Of a DNA stretch of 16,319 nt, positions 9,693 through 16,319 are shown one piece after another. The position numbers and the translations under genes were made by a program. The stretch is taken from NCBI GenBank assembly GCA_001179505.1, contig CDMY01000833.1:1-16319 (forward strand), given 5' to 3'. The notes under the pieces were generated by a model. The model saw only the letters and a list, made by a program, of their open reading frames with translations. It did no database searches and was not told the origin of the DNA. The stretch comes from Vitrella brassicaformis CCMP3155. Its lineage: Eukaryota > Protista > Chromerida. Every line of letters begins with the position of its first letter. Position 1 is the stretch's first letter.

Positions 9693-11338
9693 TCAGCAGC
9701 ACCCCCCTGTGGGCTGCTGCACCGTTGGCTGGTTGGCGTTGAGCGTCAGGGTCTCGGGCAAATAACTGCCGACACGACATACAAACAAAACACCCACACA
9801 CACAGGTGTGAGCAATAACTACATACTGATGTAGTGTATGTATGGTTCCTTGCTTTCTTTGGTGTTGCTCACATCTGGTCGTCGGTGTGCTCCTGCTTGA
9901 GGGCCCGTCGGGCGATCTCCTGCAGCCAGAGACAGACAAACAACATGGTGGGTGGACATAACAGCATACAACCATACAACACATCCATCTCACACTGAAC
10001 TGATCGTTTGTCAAAAGTGCTTAGCTCACTTACCGTGAACGCGTCCTCTACGTTCTCGGCTGTCTTGGCGCTGACACACACACAACACACAACAAGACGC
10101 CACAAGGCGGGGCGACACAAGACGGGTGCAGTGCAGCCGGTCGACCCCTGGCGGCTCGCCTGTGGCTCCCTCCCTCCCTCCAATGTGCTCACTCACCTGG
10201 TCTCGAAGAAAGGAATGCTGCACTTGGTCTTGCACCAGGTGGACGCCCGCGCGTGACTCACCTACACACACACAGATACACAACACCCACCCACACACAC
10301 ACACACACCCCTACACCCACATCACATGTGCGCGTCTCTCTCTCTCTCTCTCTCTCTCTTCCTCCTTCCTCTCCTGTCCTGTCCTGTCCTGTCCTGTCCA
10401 GCCGTGCCGACCTTCCTCTGTCCCTCAGCGTCGAGCTTGTTGCCCAGCACCACAAAGGGAAAGTTGTCGGGGTCACGGGGACACGCCTGCCACAACACAA
10501 ACACACCAACACAATGAATCCGTCGTATGGTCTGTCTGTCTGCTCTTCTCCGTCAGTCAGGCTTGTATGGTATGTGCTTTGGTTGTGTGTTTGCCTTGCT
10601 TGCCTGTACGAGGAATTCTTCCCGCCACGAGTCGAGGTTTTCGAACGACTTAGGGTTGGTGAGGTCGAAGACCAGCACACAGCAGTCGGCGCCGCGGTAG
10701 AAGGCCACGCCCAACGACTGGAAACGCTCCTGACCTGCCGTGTCCCAGATCTGCAGACATACCCCATCACACCACAACACACCACACCACATCACAACCA
10801 CACACAGACATACTTACAGCATGTGTGTTATCAGAGTGATCTCTCTGCTCGTTGTCTCCTGGCTGTCATCAGTCAGTGAGTCACCTGCAGAGTCACGAGC
10901 TTGTCGTCAATCATGACCTCCTTGGTCAAGAAATCGGCACCAACTGGACCAACCACACACACACACACACACAAACGAGAACAGGCATGGCAGGCAAAAA
11001 GGAACAGATGTGGATCTCTCTAGCCTGATTGATTGCCATTTCCACGGGTCTCTCTCCTCTCTCCCCTCTCACTGACTTGTGGCCTTGTACTGGTTGGTGA
11101 ACTTCTTGTTGACGTACTGGTTCATCAGAGATGTCTTGCCCACTCTGACAGACAGACATCAGACGACACAAGACAAGACAACACAACACAACACAACACA
11201 GCACAGCACAACACAGCCATCAGATCTGCCCTGCCTGCAGCGGCTCTCCCTCTCTGCGTGTGTGTGGTCAGCTGGTGCTTCTCACCCTGAGTCGCCGAGG
11301 ATGATGACCTTTAGCAGCACCCTCTTGCGGCTCGCCAT
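9693..11338 (-). CDS. RAB7: Rab7 small GTPase, 9 exons, 207 aa
   Basis: Exons (-): 11338-11286, 11144-11077, 10943-10885, 10750-10604, 10486-10412, 10261-10197, 10070-10034, 9919-9873, 9765-9693, totalling 624 nt. The protein has [23 protein letters not shown] (P-loop), YKATIGADF (Rab7 effector loop), [48 protein letters not shown] and a C-terminal GGCC* prenylation motif. Confidence 0.98.
10335..10397. repeat. (TC)n plus (CCTGT)5 microsatellites in a Rab7 intron
   Basis: A tc run at 10335-10359 and cctgt x5 at 10373-10397. Confidence 0.9.
10487..10603 (-). other. Non-canonical GC-AG intron in Rab7
   Basis: Donor CAG|GCAAGC at 10604/10603 and acceptor TGGCAG|GCG at 10487/10486. Only this donor gives EFLVQACPRDP, colinear with the Rab7 motif EFLIQASPRDP. 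Confidence 0.85.
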
Positions 11339-11536
11339 GATGATTATCTGATCGATGCCCTACGTCGTCTGTCAGCGCAGATCTGCTTCTCCAGCTCTTT
11401 CTCGCGGGTGCGAGCTTGGCGACGAGTTGTGCTTGCCTCTGTTTTGCCTCTTGGTCGGTGGCTGGAGGCGCTATAGGTGCGCCTGCTTGCCCTCCCGCAG
11501 GCCCTTTGCCTGTTGACCCATTGGCCTCACCGCGGG
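11339..11536. promoter_or_regulatory. Putative bidirectional promoter and 5' UTRs between Rab7 (-) and the Tudor-AP2 gene (+)
   Basis: The divergent ATGs at 11338 (-) and 11537 (+) are 198 bp apart. The interval lacks the microsatellites seen in neighbouring introns. Promoter function is inferred from geometry only. Confidence 0.55.
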
Positions 11537-12611
11537 ATGGCGGCAGCCACGGATCCAGCCATGGACAGGACACGTGAGCGCAGGAAGAGGGAAGGCCAGG
11601 CAGGCGGAGAGTCACTGTCTGTGAGTTGAGGGCGCGTGGGCATCCATCCACGTGTGGAGGGTTGTGTTGCATGGTGCGTGTGTGGTGGTTGTGTTGTGAT
11701 GGATAGGTGTGACTCAGACGTGGCTGCCGCTGCTGGGCGTGTGTGTGTCGTCGGCTGATGGCGCGAGCACCTCTGTGATGCGGGAGTTCAAGCACGGCTG
11801 GAAACAGGTGCGCAAGGACAGGGTGTGAGAGAGATCTGTCTGTGCTCATGGGTCTGTCTGTGTGCTGCACGAGCCTCCTGGTGTGGTGTGTCTGTGGTGT
11901 GATTGTGTGTCATTCATGTGTCAGGGCCGTGTGGGTCTGTCTTCGCGTACCGGTTGTTACAGCATCTTCTACGGTGACGACGACGTCGAGATCGTCACAC
12001 CGCAGCAACTCCTGGCCATCATCCTACACTCATGCCGAAAGGGCAAAGCAGGTGAACACCAGCAGAGAGAGAGGTAGACAGAAGGAGAGAGAGGCGACCA
12101 AACCCTTACTGCTCCCCTTCTGCTGCAGCGGCAGAGCAGTATCTGTGGCCGCAGCCCCACGACGTCCCCCAGGCCGTTCCGCCCCCCTACCGCCACCACT
12201 TCGCCAACCCGCCCATAGACCCGCCACACACCAACTTCTCACGCGTCCCCCCCTCACAACGAGCTGCAGAGAACGCCACCGTCCTGGCACAGGGACTGCA
12301 CGACGGCCGTGCCGGTGTCACATGGGACATGCGCGATAGGTGCTTCAGGGTGGTGTTTGAGGCGGGGGCGGGCACGGCTGTGCGGGGGGTCAAGGAGTTT
12401 GAGGTGGATCGCTGTGGTGGGGTGGAGGCGGCCTTCTACGCCGCCAGGATCTTCGCCGGCAAGGTGGCGGCCGTCCCTGCTGCTGCTGCTGCTGCCGCTG
12501 CTGGGGTCAGAGTGGATCGTGAGAAGCTCATCGACTTCGACGAAAACACGGGTGCCAAAGACGGCCAGACAGACGAAGAAACACGCAGAGCTCACGGTGG
12601 TGCTGACACGT

Positions 12612-12642
<31 letters not shown>

Positions 12643-13965
12643 GTCACAGCTCAATACCAGCCCTGCCAGTGTGACGACCAAGGGAAGCCCATCGGTGCCG
12701 CCGACGAGCACCGGCACCCTTCCACCAGCAGCCACAACGACATCAGCAAGGACGACGAGGAGGCGCATCTGACGCGGGAGGCCGAGCAGATGCCGCGGAT
12801 AGTGGACATCTCCTGGCGCATTTGCAAGGGGCAGCACGTGTGGTACGCCGAGCACGGCACCCACTGCCGCATGTTCCTCCCTGACAAGTGCGGCGGGGTG
12901 GAGGCGGCCTTCCGCGAGGCACTCGACTGGAAGACCGCACAGGCCAGCGCCGAGGTAGCGAGGCGCAAGGAGGAGGCCGCCATCCTGCCCACCGCCACAA
13001 AACCAAAACTTCCCGACGAGATAAAATACGTCGACGGTGAGCGATTGACTGAGTGCGGAGACGCCCACACCTCTGATGGCCAGTCTGTCCTGTCTTGTGT
13101 GTGGATGGTGTGTGTGCCTCCACACAGAGTCGAGTCACCTCCAGTTCCCCGAGCCCGACGCAGCCATGGCCGTCGACACGCCGCCCGTCGACAAGGAGGA
13201 GGAGGAGGATGAAGAAGAGGATGCAGGTGACGGTGATGGGGACCACGACAACCATGACAACCACGATGCCGATCCCGATTGGGATGTAGGCATTAGAGTG
13301 CGCAGCAAGTCACAGCAGAGCGGCAGGAAATCAGGAGGGGGTAGCACTGGCGGGGGTGGCGGTGGCGGCGGAAGTGGTGGTGGTGGTCATGGGGGCGGCG
13401 GGTCGAGTCGCAAGAGCGGGCGCAAGACGGCCGTTGCGGACGGATACCTGACGCGGAAGCCTGGGGTGTTGATGTACAAGTTTGAGGCGGTGGTGGGCGG
13501 GCAGAGGATCGTCAGAAACATCGCATGCCTCGGCAGTGAGTGAGAGACAGACAACCAAAGAGACAAGAGAGCCGAGGGAGGAGACAAAGAAAGTTGCATC
13601 TCTCTCTCATGGGGTGTGTGTGTGTGTGTAGGTTTGACGTGGTACAACTTGTATCGGGCGCTCGTCATGTCGCTGGAGCACGAAGTCGAGGTACCGTACC
13701 CGCCAAACCACACCAGCCACAGCACACCACACCCGTCATGTTGTCGACACGTCAATCATATCATGTGTGTGTATGTGGGCCTGCCTTGTCTTGTCAGTAT
13801 TGGGTGAACGAGTCAACCGTCCCGCATCAGTGGGAGCTGCCCGACGGCACCATCCTCCCACACACAGACTTCGACTACAAAAACCAAAGCGGATCGAAAT
13901 GCCCCAGACCTGACTTCGACAAGGTAACCACACACACGACAGCACAGCACAGCACACCGAGAGAG

Positions 13966-13998
<33 letters not shown>

Positions 13999-15292
13999 TG
14001 CAGAGTCCGTCGTGGATCGGCACGCGCTTCCGTCTGGTGTACGGTGCGATGGCGTTCGACGTCAGTGTGGAGGACGTCATAGTCTACGAGCAGCGCATGG
14101 AGGACTGCGGCGCTGGCATGCTCAACCTTCACAAATGGGTTAGCGACGCGACACAGACACACAGACAGACAGACAGACAGACGCCTCGGTGCATGGGCGT
14201 GTGTGTTTGTGTGTGTGTGTTGTGCAGTTTCCTCGTTTGGTAGCTGAGGGCAGTGTGGGGGTGGCCCCTGTGCGTGGGGACGTCATGGACGAGGAGAGAC
14301 TCGCCATGTCCCACAACAGCGGCGGCAACTTACCACTGGACGTGCAGCGAATCAACAGGTAGACATGGAGGCGACCGACACAGGCAGGCAATCTGTCTGT
14401 TTGTTGTGTGGTGTGCCTGTCCTGTTTTTATGGTATGGTGCCACCGACCAGGACGATCCAGGCCCACTGGTGGAATAGCAACCTCTCCGCCAACCTGAAG
14501 CGCGGCAGAGCCCGCGACCTGCCCACTCTGCCTCGCACCACACAAGTAAGTACACACACACAGACACACAGACATGCACAAGCTCACTCACTGTCTCTCT
14601 CTCTGTCTCTCTACATGGATGCGATGCAGAGCCTCTCGAAGAAGGCCCGCGACCGCCTTGTCCGTTCCCTCTACCTGCTGCCGCCCAGCGACTTCATCAC
14701 CCAACTCGCACAGCTCGCCTCTTCACGCGCACCCCCCCGGAAACCCGACACACTCAACCGCCCCCTCCCGGCCCTCGACGAGGCGGCTGCTGGTGGGGGT
14801 GGTGGTGGCGAGGAGGAGCACGGTGGCGTGATGGGCAGCAGCAGCAGCGTGAAGCGTGGGCGGGGTGAGGCGGGTGTTAACGAGGGGGATGGGGATGGGG
14901 AGAGGGAGAAGGAGAGGGCCGTGAGGCACAAGCCCGACGACGCCACGCCGTGTGCAAGTAAGCAAGCCAGCGATTGATTCCAGGGCCGACAGTGCGGTGG
15001 TGTGTATCTATGGGATGTATGGGTCCCTGGTGGGGTCGGGTGCGGTGCAGGTGAGCTGACGACGCCCACGTTGCTGGAGAAGGCCGTCGGTGCAGAAGTA
15101 GCCAAGACTGCTGCCGGCGATGGACAGAAGAAGAGTACGCCACGGCACACACACATCCACAAACGATGCAGCAACTCTCGCAAATACTCTTCCTGTGTGT
15201 TGCGTATTGCCCCAGATTCGGCCGGTGACGCGTTGGTGCGACCCATGGCCATCGCACAGCAGGATGGTCGCGCACAGCTCAAGACCGCATAG
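11537..15292 (+). CDS. Multidomain ApiAP2-like protein (~853 aa): Tudor-like + 2 AP2-like + acidic/Gly-rich linker + pRiA4b-ORF3/MM3350-like domain
   Basis: Phase-consistent GT-AG exons: 11537-11573, 11707-11807, 11925-12051, 12129-12596, 12650-13036, 13128-13535, 13632-13690, 13798-13923, 14004-14138, 14228-14358, 14452-14545, 14630-14957, 15051-15134, 15216-15292, totalling 2562 nt and ending in TAG. All 13 junctions keep the frame open. The first exon and ATG are the least certain. Confidence 0.8.
11775..12026 (+). other. Tudor-like domain (PTM/DIR17-like), split by intron 11808-11924
   Basis: Spliced sequence VMREFKHGWKQGRVGLSSRTGCYSIFYGDDDVEIVTPQQLLAII fits the pattern V-x-x-x-F-x-x-G-W-x-x-G-x-V...Y-x-I-x-Y-x-D-x-D-x-E-x-x-T-x-x-x-L of PTM/DIR17-type Tudor domains (consensus from memory). 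Confidence 0.6.
12308..12463 (+). other. AP2-like DNA-binding domain 1
   Basis: RAGVTWDMRDRCFRVVFEAGAGTAVRGVKEFEVDRCGGVEAAFYAARIFAGK matches the ApiAP2 layout: GV-x-W/F-D, a three-stranded sheet, F-x-V-x-x-x-G, then an 'EAA...A' helix. Confidence 0.7.
12615..12642. repeat. (TG)14 making up about half of a 53-nt intron
   Basis: The TG run lies inside intron 12597-12649, ending 4 nt before the acceptor CAG. Confidence 0.9.
12781..12942 (+). other. AP2-like domain 2 (more divergent)
   Basis: AEQMPRIVDISWRICKGQHVWYAEHGTHCRMFLPDKCGGVEAAFREALDWKTAQ has a P-x-I/V lead-in, W..W strands, F-x-x-x-K-x-G and a helix ending in 'ALDWK', as in ApiAP2 domains. Confidence 0.6.
13466..14460 (+). other. pRiA4b ORF-3 / IS1096 TnpR (MM3350-like) domain spread over 6 exons
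   Basis: Spliced: YKFEAVVGGQRIVRNIACLGSLTWYNLYRALVMSLEHEVEYWVNESTVPHQWELPDG...GTRFRLVYGAMAFDVSVEDV...FPRLVAEGSVGVAP...PLDVQRINRTI. Motif order parallels the family consensus (YqLkv..iwRrlevp..TL.dLH.aI..a.gW...Hl.eF...G.kf.Y.YDfGd.W.h.ieve...yP.c..G...cPPED...fd.e.in.rl). Judged by eye. Confidence 0.5.
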
Positions 15293-16128
15293 ATACCCAC
15301 ACACAGATAGATAGGAAAGGTGGATCGCGTAGCTTGCCCAGCCCAGCCTGGCCAGCCGGAGTTGGCTTGGCTTTGCAGGGAGGGAGTGGAGGGGAGGGGA
15401 GGTGTGTTGATAGGATAGCTGTGATGGAGGGATGAGATGATCCGATGACCGAGTTGCTGATATGTGTGTGCACACGAACGGTTGCGTGGATGGCCGATCC
15501 ACGTGTGTGTATGTGCATGTATGTGTGTAGGGAGTCTAGGGAGGAGAGAAGAACGACAGGGGGGCGGGGCTGGGCTGGTGTGTGTGTGTAGGGGCAGGAA
15601 AGGTCTGTACAGACAGAGATTGGCTGGCAATGACTCGCTGCCGAGCTGCAGAATGGACAGAACTGATGGGGGTTCTAGAAAGGGCACCCACGGCTGTGCT
15701 GCCTGCCTGCCTGCCGATTAGTGCTGTTGCTTGGTGCGGTGCATGCCTGCATCCATGAGTTATGATGTATGTGTTGGATGGGTTGAGACCATCGCACTAA
15801 ACAGCATCCATCCATCCATCCACATGTCTATACACATCCACACGGATCGATCCCCCGTCCCATCGGTCCACCCCACCCAGCGGACTCAGTCAGAAATGTC
15901 GGTCGGGCGCAGCAATATGAGAGCATGTCCATCCATCCGTCACATTCATCTCATCTGCTGCCTCGTCCACCGGCTCTCGCTGCGAAAAGACGCACGCCAC
16001 TCTCAGACGGCACGCACACAAGAACACGCACCCATCGATCGCGTCACACCAGTGGTGGGCACCACTGAAAGCCAGATCAGTGGAATAGCTCGTGCTGCTC
16101 TTGCTCTTCATTTGTCTGCCCGCTCTCT

Positions 16129-16215
16129 GGAATCATCAGACGCCTCACGCACAGGGTCTCTCCGCGAGAGTCGCCACTCTCGCGGAGAGAGCCTCAGCGC
16201 AAGGATGATGATTCC
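16129..16215. repeat. 87-nt nested fold-back: 15-bp perfect core stem, 4-nt loop and 10-bp outer stem
   Basis: tctctccgcgagagt (16157-16171) pairs with actctcgcggagaga (16176-16190). ggaatcatca (16129-16138) pairs with tgatgattcc (16206-16215). Three 3-bp segments pair in register between them. Confidence 0.9.
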
Positions 16216-16319
16216 TCGGAACGGACACACAACCACAAACATCAGGTCACCTCAGCTCATCCCCCTCGTCTGTCTGCCTCTCCTCCCTCCCTGATCAGCT
16301 TCACCGCCTCCCGCCACAT

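Noticed and set aside
10604-10609. GT donor (CTC|GTACAG) as the main Rab7 splice site
   Set aside because: It would delete two residues from a length-conserved helix. The GC donor fits better; kept only as a possible minor isoform.
16108-16214. Possible terminal exon of a minus-strand gene (IIILALRLSPREWRLSRRDPVREASDDSRERADK*)
   Set aside because: No upstream exon or motif could be linked within the window, and the sequence coincides with the inverted repeat.
16205-16294. Box C (ATGATGA) and box D (CTGA) about 90 nt apart, like a C/D snoRNA
   Set aside because: No convincing terminal stem, the interior is simple-repeat-like, and box C is part of the fold-back arm.
1-16319. CRISPR arrays, rRNA/tRNA genes, transposase or reverse-transcriptase ORFs
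   Set aside because: None recognised. The repeats are simple microsatellites without unique spacers, and the DNA is eukaryotic.

Overview
Eukaryotic, intron-dense genomic DNA with one 300-N assembly gap (7400-7699). The short GT-AG introns full of CA/GT/GACA/GGAT microsatellites, plus an ApiAP2-type gene, suggest a chromerid alveolate such as Vitrella (inference, not verified). Most supplied six-frame ORFs are exon fragments or artefacts. I spliced four genes by hand. (1) A 5'-truncated + strand gene with PPR-like motifs (<1 to ~1549; exon structure uncertain). (2) VPS50/syndetin, an EARP subunit (- strand, 8877 to ~2799, about 19 exons). (3) A canonical 207-aa Rab7 (- strand, 11338-9693, 9 exons, one GC-AG intron). 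(4) Head-to-head with Rab7 (198 bp between ATGs), a 14-exon, ~853-aa + strand gene (11537-15292). Its apparent architecture is PTM/DIR17-like Tudor + two divergent AP2 domains + acidic/Gly linker + a pRiA4b-ORF3/IS1096-TnpR (MM3350-like) domain. That apparent fusion of a chromatin reader, DNA-binding domains and a prokaryote-type mobile-element passenger fold is the most notable item. Two strong hairpins (1231-1292 and 16129-16215) are not explained by the genes. Domain calls come from remembered motif consensus, not from database searches.
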